From positions 96,001 to 160,000 of the forward strand of contig CAVPRW010000042.1 in assembly GCA_963707985.1 (NCBI GenBank): a DNA stretch of 64,000 bases. The letters are read 5' to 3'. This document shows, one piece after another, positions 12,197 through 22,504 of this stretch; positions within the stretch are counted from its first letter, which is position 1; every line of letters begins with the position of its first letter. The notes under the pieces were generated by a model that saw only the letters and a list, made by a program, of their open reading frames with translations, was not told where the DNA came from and did no database searches. Made by a program: the position numbers and the translations under genes. Source of the stretch: an uncultured Nitrospinota bacterium. Its GTDB lineage: Bacteria > Tectomicrobia > Entotheonellia > J063 > CAVPRW01.

Positions 12197-13954
12197 ATGC
12201 CCATCGCCGGAACCACCCTGAGCAGTTTGCGACCGTTGATCCAGGGTACCAACGGAGTCGTCGTCTCAAGCCACCCAAGCGCTGCCATGATCGGTCTGGA
12301 CATTCTACGGCAGGGTGGAAACGCCATCGATGCCGGCGTGGCAGTCGGGCTGGCACTGAACGTCGTACATGCCCACGAGTGTAACTTTCTGGGTGTCGCG
12401 CCAACGATCATGTATCTGGCCGGTCGCCGGGAGGCGGTCACCATCGATGGCCTGGGAGTGTTCCCGAAGGGACTGTCGGTGGAGTACTTGCAGCGTCACC
12501 ATCAGGGAAAGCTGCCTCCCGGCCTCTTGCGTGCCCTGACACCGGGCGCGGCGGATGCGTGGTTCACCGCGCTGGCACGTTATGGCACTATGCGCTTTGG
12601 CGACGTGGTCGCACCCGCTATTGCACTGGCGGAGCGCGGTTTCCCGATGTACCGCTATCTGGCCACAGCAGTGCAGACGGCCCCAGAGACCTACCGGCGC
12701 TATCCCGGCAATGCGGCAGTGTTTCTGCCCAACGGCAGACCGCCGGTGGTAGGCGAGTTGTTCTACCAGAAAGATCTGGCGGCGACGCTGCGCCAGCTCG
12801 TGGCCGTAGAGGAGGCACACCGCGCTCAAGGTCGCGAACAGGCCCTGCAGGCAGCGAGGGATGTGGTGTATAAGGGGGAGTTGGCGGAGAAGATCGTTGC
12901 CTTCTGCCAGGCGGAAGGGGGCTTGCTTACCATGGCCGACCTTGCCGACTATCGCGTCCGTTGCGACCCCCCCGTGCAGGTCAATTACCGCGGCTATGAT
13001 GTCTATGCCACGGGACCCTGGGGGCAAGGGCCGGTCTTCCCGCAGGCCCTCAAGATCCTGGAAGGCTTCGATCTGCACGGCATGGGACATAATTCGGCGG
13101 CATACCTGCACACCGTGACCCAGGCCCTCAACCTGGCCTTTGCTGATCGTGAACAATACATCGGCGATCCGGCCTTCGTCGACGTGCCAATGGATGCCAT
13201 GCTCTCGGAGGCCTATCTGCGTGAACGTCGACGCCTGATCGATCCCGATTGCGCCTGGCCGGTGATGCCGCCAGCTGGAGACCCACGCCGTGGCAAGGCG
13301 ACCCTGGATGGTGCCCCCCAATCACCGCGACAGGCCGTGGCGACGGCAGGGACGATGGGGACTGAGGCCGCCGGGACATCGTATTTTGGGGTAATCGACA
13401 AGGATGGTAATATCTTCTCTTGTACCCCGAGCGAGGGGGCGAAATCTGGTCCCATCATCCCCGGCACGGGGCTGGCGCTCAGCCTACGCGGCTCGCAATC
13501 CAAGGTCGAGCCTGAACATCCCGCGGCACTGGGGCCAGGTAAACGACCACGGTTGACGCCGGCACCGGCGCTGGTACTCAAGGATGGAGAGCCGGTAATG
13601 GCGCTTGGCGGCTACGGTGGGGATCACATTCCGCAGGGGACGCTGCAGATTTTCCTCAATGCCGTGGAGTTCGGTCTCGATCCGCAGGAAGCGGTCGAAG
13701 AGCCGCGCGTGTATAGCTATAACTTCCCCAACTCCTCCTATCCGTCGACCTATCTCCCAGGTGTGATGCGAGCGGAGGGTCGTATCTCGGCCGAAGTGAT
13801 CGAGGCCTTACGTCAGCGTGGGCATCACGTCGATCGGCTGCCGGATTGGTTCGAGGGCGCTTGTCTGTACGGCATGATCATCCGACATCCGCAGAGCGGC
13901 GTGCTGCAGGGCGGGGCCGACCCTCGCGGCGAAGCTTATGCGGTTGGGTACTAA
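12197..13954 (+). CDS. Gamma-glutamyltransferase family protein (Ntn hydrolase)
   Basis: GGNAIDAG, TPGAADAW, AFADRE.Y.GDP, autocatalytic Thr in GTSYFGVID, PGKRP, terminal GGADPRGE. Confidence 0.92.
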   Translation: MPIAGTTLSSLRPLIQGTNGVVVSSHPSAAMIGLDILRQGGNAIDAGVAVGLALNVVHAHECNFLGVAPTIMYLAGRREAVTIDGLGVFPKGLSVEYLQRHHQGKLPPGLLRALTPGAADAWFTALARYGTMRFGDVVAPAIALAERGFPMYRYLATAVQTAPETYRRYPGNAAVFLPNGRPPVVGELFYQKDLAATLRQLVAVEEAHRAQGREQALQAARDVVYKGELAEKIVAFCQAEGGLLTMADLADYRVRCDPPVQVNYRGYDVYATGPWGQGPVFPQALKILEGFDLHGMGHNSAAYLHTVTQALNLAFADREQYIGDPAFVDVPMDAMLSEAYLRERRRLIDPDCAWPVMPPAGDPRRGKATLDGAPQSPRQAVATAGTMGTEAAGTSYFGVIDKDGNIFSCTPSEGAKSGPIIPGTGLALSLRGSQSKVEPEHPAALGPGKRPRLTPAPALVLKDGEPVMALGGYGGDHIPQGTLQIFLNAVEFGLDPQEAVEEPRVYSYNFPNSSYPSTYLPGVMRAEGRISAEVIEALRQRGHHVDRLPDWFEGACLYGMIIRHPQSGVLQGGADPRGEAYAVGY

Positions 13955-14038
13955 TAAGCTGCCCGGCCTTACCCTCCCACTCAACGGACAAAAGCGCCAG
14001 GTGAGGCCGGAAGCACCTGAGACTCAAGGGTCTATACG

Positions 14039-14075
14039 CCTTCCCCCCTGGCGGGGGAAGGTTGGGAACGGGGGG
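14039..14075. repeat. REP-like palindrome CCTTCCCCC-N5-GGGGGAAGG with G-rich tail
   Basis: 9-bp inverted repeat (14039-14061) between convergent genes, same architecture as 6526-6546. Confidence 0.6.
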
Positions 14076-14185
14076 AAAGGACGCGGCTCGCTCCCCCTCC
14101 TGTCTCCTCCCTTGATAGCCAATTGGTCCAGCATCGTGTGAGACTCTGAAGAGGCTAGGCCGAAGTTTCTCCAGTAACTTGGTGG

Positions 14186-14905
14186 CTACTGACGTCGGGC
14201 TTGTAGGTGAGCGACAAAGGCGATGTGTTTGGGGGAGGTGAGTCGCTGTTGCTGCGCGGCTAGCACCTGCACCATATCCCCCGCCCAGAACGTGTCGGGG
14301 TTGAGGCAAAGTCCGGGAAAGACCTCACTGCACAGTAGGCCCGATGCATCTGGCTGCATGGCCTGGTAGACCCCCTCGCGCAGGCGAAACCAGTCGATGC
14401 GGTGCTCGTACATCTGCACGGCGATATACTCCTCCACGCCGCTACGCTGAAAGACCCGTAGTTTCGCATGTAGATCGTAGGAGACGCTGCTTGCTGCGAT
14501 CTCCAGGACCAGTTCCGGCGGCCCCTCGAGATAGTGATCCTCCGTCACCCGCGACTGCCCACCCAACTCGGGCTCCAGTCTCAACAGCCCATCGGGTTGT
14601 ACCTCGGTTTCCAGGTCTAGACGCACTGTGGCATTATCCGCTCCCTGAACTCCAGGCGTAGCGAAACAGTAGAGACCAAGCCAGGTGTTCAACTGGAAAT
14701 GCGGGGCCGCGTGTTCTGGGTAACGTATAGGGGAGGGCATATAGACGACTCCATCGATCAGCTCGGCCTTCTTGATCTCTGGGTGGGCTTCGTAGCGCCG
14801 TTCGAACTCGAAACGTGACAAACGGTCCCCCGCATGCAGCGGAGGGCGCATAGCCCATAGCTCGGCTTTGGGGAGGGCGTCCACAGTCGTGACATGTGCC
14901 ATCAT
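14186..14905 (-). CDS. Uma2 family (DUF820) endonuclease
   Basis: KAELIDGVVYMPSP, QPD, PELVLEIAASS..YDL..K, GVEEY, SEVFPGL. Confidence 0.9.
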   Translation of the reverse strand: MMAHVTTVDALPKAELWAMRPPLHAGDRLSRFEFERRYEAHPEIKKAELIDGVVYMPSPIRYPEHAAPHFQLNTWLGLYCFATPGVQGADNATVRLDLETEVQPDGLLRLEPELGGQSRVTEDHYLEGPPELVLEIAASSVSYDLHAKLRVFQRSGVEEYIAVQMYEHRIDWFRLREGVYQAMQPDASGLLCSEVFPGLCLNPDTFWAGDMVQVLAAQQQRLTSPKHIAFVAHLQARRQ

Positions 14906-15446
14906 CGAGTCCTTTTGCGGTCCTCTAACCTCAGATGAAGGGAGGGACAGGCAGGCCCTAACCTCCTTCAGGATCCCCCTATCAACATCTGCAGCCTACT
15001 GGGAAAGTGGCATGCTGTCAAGGGGACTCTAGTGTTCTAAGAGCTCGTAACTTTATGCCATTTATCCATGCAAGGTATCATGTCAGCCAATGCGAACTCG
15101 CCGCGTTAATTGCCCGTTGCTCTCCCATCTCTGGGGTTGCTTGGCAATACGGGGATTATCCATCGCGGGTTAGATATTGCCCAGGAGATCGAGAGCCCGG
15201 GCTACGAGTATGTGCTCGCCTGGTGCGATCAGCCGTAACGAGAGGCGGAGCCGCGCGCGCTAGTGAAAGGGGTCAAGAACGGTGGAAGAGTGCAGCACCT
15301 TTACAAAGCAGCGCACGCATGGTAATGAACCACTCATAGCGCAGCAGCCAAAGCGCGGATGATGACACGGAGGGAGCAATGACGGCACACGATGTATTAG
15401 AGAACGTGGCGAGGGGTATGGCCGCCTGTTCACTCTGATCCACGGT

Positions 15447-15513
15447 GCCTAACATCGCGACAACCCTATGAAGCGCCGGGACGTGAACACTGGTTGGAAG
15501 CATGATGTTAGGT
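15447..15513 (-). other. attC-like imperfect inverted repeat
   Basis: Minus strand ACCTAAC ... GTTAGGC (RYYYAAC/GTTRRRY), 67 bp, with paired AACATC/GATGTT and CAACC/GGTTG. Confidence 0.35.
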
Positions 15514-15560
15514 GCGGTGGAGTGATTGCCAACGTTCAGCTTTTTCATTGATGACTGGGC

Positions 15561-16540
15561 CTAGGGGTTTCTGGTCATGGGATTGAAACCCGTCCACCCT
15601 TTGACCATCTCACCTAACAGCGATTTAACCATTTGTGCTACACCGCTGACGACGCTCTTGGGAATCGAGTTGAGCAGGCTGCGCACGCTATCGGCTTGCT
15701 CGCGGGTGAGCAAGCCCTGGTACTCTTTGTCGCGCAACCACTGGTCAAAGACGACGGTATCGCGCGTCCCAGCGATGACATTGCCAGCGGCCCACCAGGC
15801 AAAGCCGCGCGACGCTACTCGCCAGCGCGCCCCTTGCCATAGCGTCAGCCCAGCGATGCCGATGCGCTGGTCAACCCTCTCGACCATCCCCAGTTCTTGT
15901 AAATGAAGGAGTTCTGGCCCATACCATTCTATGCGTCCTAAATCGCTGGTATCGAACTCCCGCCCGTCCACCCGTCCCTTCATTTCCCCCAGCGCGAGAA
16001 TCATCATGGCGGTCTGCCCGGTTGGAGAGAGGTGCCGCCAAAAGTCGTCAAAGTATGCAGCAGCACAGTCGTGAAAGAATTGACCCCCAGCCTGATAGCG
16101 CGCCTCACCGGTCTTACCATCGACCGCTGCGTCAAACAGTCCAGCCGCAGCGATCTGCATCAGAAAGGGATGGCGGCTGGAAAGATCGTGAACGAAAGCA
16201 TAGTCGTCGTCAGTAAACGCGACGCCAGTGTCGGCGAGCGTCATCTCTATCAGACTACGACTTTCATCGGGCGAGAGAGGCAGGAGGCGGACCTCTGTAA
16301 TGTTGTTGAAGAAGGGCGAGCCGTACGAGTTCAACTCCTGGCTGAGACGGTTCATCGCTGAGACTGACAGGCGGCTGGCGGCAATCACCACGAGGCCGTC
16401 GGTGCGGGTGGCCATTGAGCGAAGCGCGCCGAAGAACTCGTTTTTGAAGCTGGGGTGATTGAGCAGCGCATCGAACTCATCGATGATGATCACGATCCGC
16501 CGACCGGATCGAGCCAACAGCCGAAAAAGGCTTTCAAGAG
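15561..16540 (-). pseudogene. C-terminal part of an AAA_35/STAND-like ATPase, 5' end lost at IS1634
   Basis: Walker B IVIIIDEFD, GSPFFN, HPFLMQ. No Walker A, and the frame runs into the IS end. Confidence 0.75.
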
Positions 16541-16544
16541 CGAA

Positions 16545-18306
16545 CGAACATTGAGCAGGTGCGGATCGAAGAAAAATTATATACCCTCCTTTGACGGTCT
16601 TACCGAGTCAATGCGATGCAGGCAGGAGGGTCACCAATGGAATCCGTCAGTGTTGAACGCTTGGACCATTTAGGGGTAGTCGCTTCTGTGATCAAAGGCT
16701 TAGGGCTCATCGAGATGATCGACGCGCGATTGCTTCGCCATGACCAGGAAGAGATCACCGCGGGCGAAGCGGTTGCCGGGATGATCCTCAATGGCTTGGG
16801 GTTTGCCAATCGTCCTTTGTCGTTAACCCCCCAGTTTTTTGCCAACAAACCCCTCGATCTCTTGTTTCGTGAGGGTGTGCGTGCGGAGATGTTCAACCGC
16901 TTTAAGCTCGGTCGCACGCTCGATGAGGTCCACGCCTATGGTTGTGACCTGTTGTTGAGCGAACTGGCCCTGGCCGTCTGTGCCCAGGAAGGCATTGATG
17001 AACGCTTCAACCATCTTGACACCACCAGCTTTTCCCTGACTGGCGACTATGTGCCCGAGAGTGATGAGCACGCTATTGCCATCACGCATGGCTACTCCAA
17101 AGATCACCGTCCTGACTTGAAACAGGCCGTCTTAGAGCTCATGGTCTCGCAAGACGGTGGGGTGCCATTGATGAGTAAAAGTTGGGATGGCAACACCTCG
17201 GACACACAGATTTTTCAGGAGCGCGCCCAAGCCCTGATGGCGACCTTTAGGGAGTCGCCCAACCCGCGCTACTTGGTGGCAGACGCTAAACTGTACACTG
17301 AAGATAATGCCCCTAACCTGGCCCAGCTCGGCTTTATCACGCGTATTCCAGGCACGCTCAAGCTGGTCACCCAGGTGATCACCCAAGCCCTCCAATGGGA
17401 CACCTGGCAGGATCTCAATGCGAGGACGCGCTATCAGCGCATCGAGTTATGCCACTACCGTATGGCCCAGAGGTGGCTGGTGGTCTTATCGCAGGCCGCC
17501 CTTGAGCGTGCTGAGGCGAGCGTCAACAAAGCATGTCAGCGTGAAGCGGAAGCCATCAAACAACACCTCTTTCATCTGCAAGCCAGGCGTTTTGAGACAC
17601 CGACCCAGGCCCAAGAGGCATTGTCGGGATTGGCGCGCAAATGGCGCTATCACCAGGTGGCATCCTCTGTGCTGCTTGACCACAAACGCTATGGCAAAAA
17701 AGGCCGGCCCACCGCCGCGACGCCGATCCGAGCCATCGAGTGGCAGATGCAAGCGCAGGTGAGGCGGGATGCCAAGCGCATCGAGGACGCCAAGCAGCAT
17801 ACCGCGTGCTTTGTGCTGGGGACCAACATCGAGACGGAGCAGCTCTGCGACGCGGAGGTGATCGCCGGCTACAAAGCGCAATCCCAGGCAGAGTGTGGGT
17901 TCCGATTTCTCAAAGACCCATTGTTTTTTGTCTCGTCGTTGTTTGTGAAAAAACCCTGCCGCATTCAGGGGCTCTTGATGGTGATGACCCTGGCGCTGCT
18001 GGTCTATTCGGTGGCGCAACGCCGTCTGCGCCGAGCATTAGCCCGTCAAAACGAAACGATCCCGAATCAAATCAACCAACCGACGAGCCGTCCGACTCTG
18101 AGGTGGGTGTTTCAAGTGTTGGACGGGATCGAGCGCGTCCGTGTGACGGTCGACGGTCAGGTCCGGGACCTGATCACGGGTTTGAATGAGGTAAAAATCA
18201 AAATCCTTCACCTCTTTGGCGAGCAGGTCTGCCACGTATATCAATTGCCTTCGGGCTAAGACGCTTCAATTGCGACGGGAGCAAGAGCTATTCCAGCAAA
18301 TGTTCA
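16545..18306 (+). mobile_element. IS1634-family insertion sequence (ends approximate)
   Basis: Encloses an IS1634 transposase. Short inverted ends GAACATT (16546) / AATGTTC (18305). Confidence 0.75.
16616..18259 (+). CDS. IS1634-family DDE transposase
   Basis: LDHLGVVA, HLDTTSF, HGYSKDHRPDLKQ, DGNTSD, VADAKLY, YKAQ..E.GFRFLKDP, RPTLRWVFQ. Confidence 0.93.
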   Translation: MQAGGSPMESVSVERLDHLGVVASVIKGLGLIEMIDARLLRHDQEEITAGEAVAGMILNGLGFANRPLSLTPQFFANKPLDLLFREGVRAEMFNRFKLGRTLDEVHAYGCDLLLSELALAVCAQEGIDERFNHLDTTSFSLTGDYVPESDEHAIAITHGYSKDHRPDLKQAVLELMVSQDGGVPLMSKSWDGNTSDTQIFQERAQALMATFRESPNPRYLVADAKLYTEDNAPNLAQLGFITRIPGTLKLVTQVITQALQWDTWQDLNARTRYQRIELCHYRMAQRWLVVLSQAALERAEASVNKACQREAEAIKQHLFHLQARRFETPTQAQEALSGLARKWRYHQVASSVLLDHKRYGKKGRPTAATPIRAIEWQMQAQVRRDAKRIEDAKQHTACFVLGTNIETEQLCDAEVIAGYKAQSQAECGFRFLKDPLFFVSSLFVKKPCRIQGLLMVMTLALLVYSVAQRRLRRALARQNETIPNQINQPTSRPTLRWVFQVLDGIERVRVTVDGQVRDLITGLNEVKIKILHLFGEQVCHVYQLPSG

Positions 18307-18800
18307 ACTACCCTGCTGCTAAGGATGCCCATCAGTTCATCTTCAGAGATGACAGCGTTCTCGTGGGTCCCGCCCGCCACGGCCGAGAAAATGACGCGTT
18401 CGGCGGGTGGTAGACCATCCCAGACCCACTCGAAAATGTTCTCACCGGCTGCCAGCGCCTTGGGGACGACCGCTTCAACATCGGGTATATCTATTGTCGG
18501 TGCGTCCGACGGCGACACAGCGTATGCCGGTCGAAGAGCAACTGGCACATGAGTTGTATAAAGTAGGGATGACGCGCGGTCAAACCCAGCAAGCGGTCAA
18601 TCGCTGGTTCGGTAAAACGCAAACTGCCCTCGCGCTCCGCTAAGCAGACAAGCTTACGCGCGTTCTCGTCATCCGAGCACTGAGATGCGTTGATAGCGCG
18701 CGGCTTTGAACGTGGCCTTGACGTCAATGGACAGGTCTTCGGCCTTGCGGCCGACAACGAAGATAAAAGCCAGCAGCGGCTCGTTTTATCAAGCTTCGCA
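18307..18800 (-). pseudogene. Internal fragment of a second AAA-type ATPase
   Basis: Frameshifted pieces ...RFTEPAIDRLLGLTARHPYFIQLMCQLLF... and ...IFEWVWDGLPPAERVIFSA..., truncated on both sides. Confidence 0.65.
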
Positions 18801-18807
18801 ATAAAAA

Positions 18808-18944
18808 GTGGGCATCAGGTTGATCGGCTGCCGGATTGGTTCGAGGGGGCTTGCCTGTACGGTATGATCATCCGGCACCCGCACAGCGGTGTGCTGCAGG
18901 GCGGGGCCGATCCTCGCGGCGAGGCCTACGCCGTCGGATACTAG
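18808..18944 (+). pseudogene. Diverged duplicate of the last 137 bp of the gamma-glutamyltransferase gene
   Basis: Aligns ungapped to 13818-13954 with 17 differences. Encodes GHQVDRLPDWFEGACLYGMIIRHPHSGVLQGGADPRGEAYAVGY*. Confidence 0.95.
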
Positions 18945-19772
18945 GATGTGTTTGCAAAGTCTATAGAATTCCTCGCCATACGATGGTCGCAGCGATCAGC
19001 CACATGGCTTTATAGTTGACGGCGCGCTTTTCGTCGCGCGTCGCCAAACCCGGAACTGCTTACACCGATCGATGAGCCGCTCGATCCAGTTGCGGAGACG
19101 GTCAATCCCTCGATCGAAGAGGCCTGTGCGATGGTCTTTCCGCTTGCACGGGATGCTCATTCGGATGCCATGCTGGCAAGCATACTGCCGAATCCGCCCG
19201 CTGCTGTAGTCTTGATTGCCCACGAGCCGATGCGGGCGGCGCTTGGGGCGGCCTGGCCAACCCCGCTTGACGGCCCCGCTCGCGAGGATCTATGCGAAGA
19301 CCCTCGTCTCGTGCCGCTGTCCAGGGGGGAGGACGAGGGTCATCAGCTGCCCCCCCTTCGGCTAGCAGGTGGACTGTGGTACTGTACCCACCCCGGCTCC
19401 GGCCCAAGGCTTCAGACTCTGGGTTTCTTTGTTTGCCCCAGCCGCATGCTGACGGGCTCGGATCATCGTGCCATCGATAAAAAGCAGGTCCCCGTTCAGC
19501 TGACCATGGGCGTCGGCTTATGCCTGCACTGCCGCGAAGAGCCGCTCCCAGATGCCTGCCCGCCGCCAGCGGCAGAAGCGACTGGCCACGGTGCGCCATG
19601 GACCATTTCGTTTAGGCAGATCGCGCCAGGGCGCCCCAGTGCGCAGAATCCACAAGATGCCATCGATGATCGTGCGATGGTCATGGGCGGGTCGCCCAGC
19701 CTTCGGTTTTTGGGGTGGGAGCAGGGGTGGGAGCGTCTTCCACTGGATGTTGGTCAATTCGCCTCTGTTCAT
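18945..19772 (-). mobile_element. IS5-family (IS427-like) transposase remnant, frameshifted
   Basis: ELTNIQW..L.PLLP..GRP..DHR.IIDGILWILRTGAPWRDLP, ALGRSRGGYST, RNWIERLI.R.KQFR. The end abuts a CTAG (GGATGTGTTTGCAAA). Confidence 0.85.
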
Positions 19773-20128
19773 GTCGCCTCACCTCCGTTCCAATTGAGCT
19801 TTAAGCGCCAGCGAGATGAGACGTTGGGTGCCGATAGTCAAGTAGTGGCACCCCTCAAGCGTTTATCCTGATTGACACCACGCCGAAAGTTTGGTCTACT
19901 TGCTCCGCAGTTTATCCTCCCCCATGATGAAGGGTCCGATCACTTTCTCCTCGATGACAGGAATCGGGCTCTGCAATGGTTGGCGCATAGGGGCGGCGAG
20001 TTTGCACACGACAAGCGGACGGTTTTCCCGAAGGGCTCCTTGACGTAGGTCGCTGGAGAAGTTATCGGGGGTTGAACAGCCCCACTCATTTGGCAGCATG
20101 CGATAGGGCGTGGGTCCAGGATTCCGCC

Positions 20129-20878
20129 ATGGTCAGAGTACCAAAGCCTGCACTGTATAAGACGATTTTCCAGGCGCGATACAAGGCAGAACTCAAGTTT
20201 TACGAACTCCTTATGCCTGCCGCACAGCGGCTCCGTGAGTACCCCCATTGGGAGACGGATCGACTCCGAGTGACGCTCCAAGACTTTGACAAACACTGCA
20301 GCGTGGCCATCGCACATGATTCTTTTTCTTATGAGCAGGATTCTCAAGATAACGTAATGGAAGAGAAATATGTTCAGCAAGTTTTGGATGAGTTGCCTGC
20401 TGCATTGCAATTGGACTTCTATACGCGTTTAGGGTACCGACGCCAATATTTGATCGCTGTAGATATGCCCTTCGATGGATTGGTGCGCGTGATGAATTTA
20501 AAATTATTCTCACAGGATGAGAGGTTGCGACGGATCATGCCTGTCCAGGTGGAAGATCTGATGTATCGTATCAATTCACGGGACGAGCCATACCGATACC
20601 GTTTCACCATTGGACCGGTCCGCAAACCAGAGATTCCCCAATATGTAACCTATAACCGTCACCATCATCTCAACCCTCTCACGAGTGAGAAGGAGTATCT
20701 CGCAATCATCGAGAAATATCCTGATGTGGCGGTCTTTATGGATCTCGACCTGTACCAGGAGAGTGAACGGCTGCAGACCGGGGAAGCTGCCCCCTTCGTT
20801 GCGGCCGCGCGCCAAAAACTTCAAGGGCTCGCCGAAGACGTCTCTGCATACCTGTTCCTGAGAGAAGTGGAGGCATAG
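20129..20878 (+). CDS. TIGR04255-like protein (unknown function)
   Basis: Start likely MVRVPKP (track ORF 20072). Motif pattern P.L...I.Q.RY / FYTRLGYR / VFMDLDLY resembles the family pattern. Judged by eye, HMM not run. Confidence 0.6.
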   Translation: MVRVPKPALYKTIFQARYKAELKFYELLMPAAQRLREYPHWETDRLRVTLQDFDKHCSVAIAHDSFSYEQDSQDNVMEEKYVQQVLDELPAALQLDFYTRLGYRRQYLIAVDMPFDGLVRVMNLKLFSQDERLRRIMPVQVEDLMYRINSRDEPYRYRFTIGPVRKPEIPQYVTYNRHHHLNPLTSEKEYLAIIEKYPDVAVFMDLDLYQESERLQTGEAAPFVAAARQKLQGLAEDVSAYLFLREVEA

Positions 20879-20881
20879 TCC

Positions 20882-21571
20882 ATGGCGGCGGAGATGACGG
20901 TTGGGAGGACACATGAGGAATTCACGGGGAAGGCATCATCGTCCGAGCCACAGTCTGCGACTAATCGCGCAGCGAGCGATACGCTGGAAGGTCTGAGCCA
21001 AACGCAATCCCATCAAGTGACGCGAAGGCATCCAGGATCCGAGGAACAGGCGGTACACGCTGGCGATGTCGAAGTAGGACAGTCATCGACGACATCTAGC
21101 ACTCGGCCGGAGCCATCCTCTGCCATCTCGAAAGGGCTGTCGATCCCAGTGGTCTCACCTGTTCTCAAGGCGGATCGAGATACAGACCGCATCTTGCGGG
21201 TCCATTTCGTCAACCCCCTTCTCGCCGATCTCCGGAAAATCCAGCGACACTGTGGCACCCCGGCGGCCGCTATGTATGCCGACAGCATATTACGCACGAT
21301 ACGGGCGATGCGGGACTTGGTGCCCTTCGATCCCTATACAGAGGTGGCCATGGCGCTGTATGATGCCATGGCCTTTCAAAATCGTTGGCTGGACTATACC
21401 GTCGAACAGTACGAAGGCGCTCATCATCTCCTCAGAAATCTTGCTGTTCGATCACAGCTTCGTAACAACGACATTGAAAATGCTATTATGGGTCTCGAAA
21501 ACCTGGGTTTTGACACGACCCCCTTCGAGATGAGCGTCGAGCGTGCGAATGATGTGGATGAAGAAGGCTAA
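20882..21571 (+). CDS. Hypothetical protein: ~85 aa S/T/Q/E-rich N-terminus + helical C-terminal domain
   Basis: 229 aa ORF, GGAGG RBS in the end of the upstream gene, 3-bp gap. Confidence 0.75.
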   Translation: MAAEMTVGRTHEEFTGKASSSEPQSATNRAASDTLEGLSQTQSHQVTRRHPGSEEQAVHAGDVEVGQSSTTSSTRPEPSSAISKGLSIPVVSPVLKADRDTDRILRVHFVNPLLADLRKIQRHCGTPAAAMYADSILRTIRAMRDLVPFDPYTEVAMALYDAMAFQNRWLDYTVEQYEGAHHLLRNLAVRSQLRNNDIENAIMGLENLGFDTTPFEMSVERANDVDEEG

Positions 21572-21577
21572 CTGCGG

Positions 21578-22452
21578 ATGGAAGGAACGCCTATTCCGAG
21601 GCATTTCATAGACAGTTCAGTGGCGCGTCCGATGCTGTTCGGGACTCGAGCTTATAAACAGTACTTCGCCTCTCACTTTGGCGATCACCCCCGTTACATC
21701 TCTGCCTATGTCCAGATGGAGCTCAAGCGCAGTTACCTGCGCAATGTGGTTGATTTTTACTTCACCCTGCATCTGCCTACGCTCCAAACGATCAACGATG
21801 CCATCAGCTTCTGGAGTAATAAGTTCAGAACCAGCGAGCTCAAGGCTGTTCTCCAGCTGGTCGCAGATCTGTTTGACCGGGCAGCGTCTTGACTTCACAC
21901 GCCCGCGGGACAAAGCGACAGCTCTCCACATACTGGGGGTTTACATCAGACGAGTTCGAACTCAAAGTGCGAGGCACGTTCACAGATATCGGCAAGGACT
22001 CCACCCGTTGTGCACGGGCCGCTGTGCCTTTCACGGTCGAGTTAGAGAACATGGCCGCAGGGTTGAAACAGTTCGTGGAAGCCTTTAACGACGTGGAAGC
22101 CTGCCGAGCGAGGTGCCGTATCGACCATTTCCTCCTCAATCGCTATCGGTCAGAGGTTGAAGCATACATCGAGCAGGCCTCCCACCTACCGAACAATACA
22201 AACACCCGTGGGTTCATCGCCATTGGTGAAAACCTGGGAGAAATTCTAGAGAGGGGTGCTACAGCATGTTCCTGTAGACGGTGTGAGCGCATCGGCGATG
22301 CCGTCATTGCCCTAGACGCACCGCGTAAGATGCAGTTAGAGCATACCGATCATTCGTTTAATCATCTGTGTCCCCCCATCGATCAACCCCATCAACAGCA
22401 TCCCTCGGAAACGCAGGTCGTCCGCACCAATCCCTCGGTTCGCGACCACTGA
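21578..22452 (+). CDS. PIN-domain-like nuclease with Cys-rich insertion (~290 aa after removing two extra G bases near 21881 and 21954)
   Basis: Three consecutive frames join into FIDSSV...VQMELKR...GDAVIAL...HTDHSF (PIN acidic tetrad pattern), with CRARC and CSCRRC. Confidence 0.65.
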
Positions 22453-22504
22453 GTACCAGGCATCTCATACATCGCAGCAGTAGCGTTCATGGCCAATATG
22501 TCTG

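Noticed and set aside
12305..13321. 338 aa minus-strand ORF (likewise 9199..10074 and 25214..26365 on +)
   Set aside because: Shadows of well-supported genes on the opposite strand
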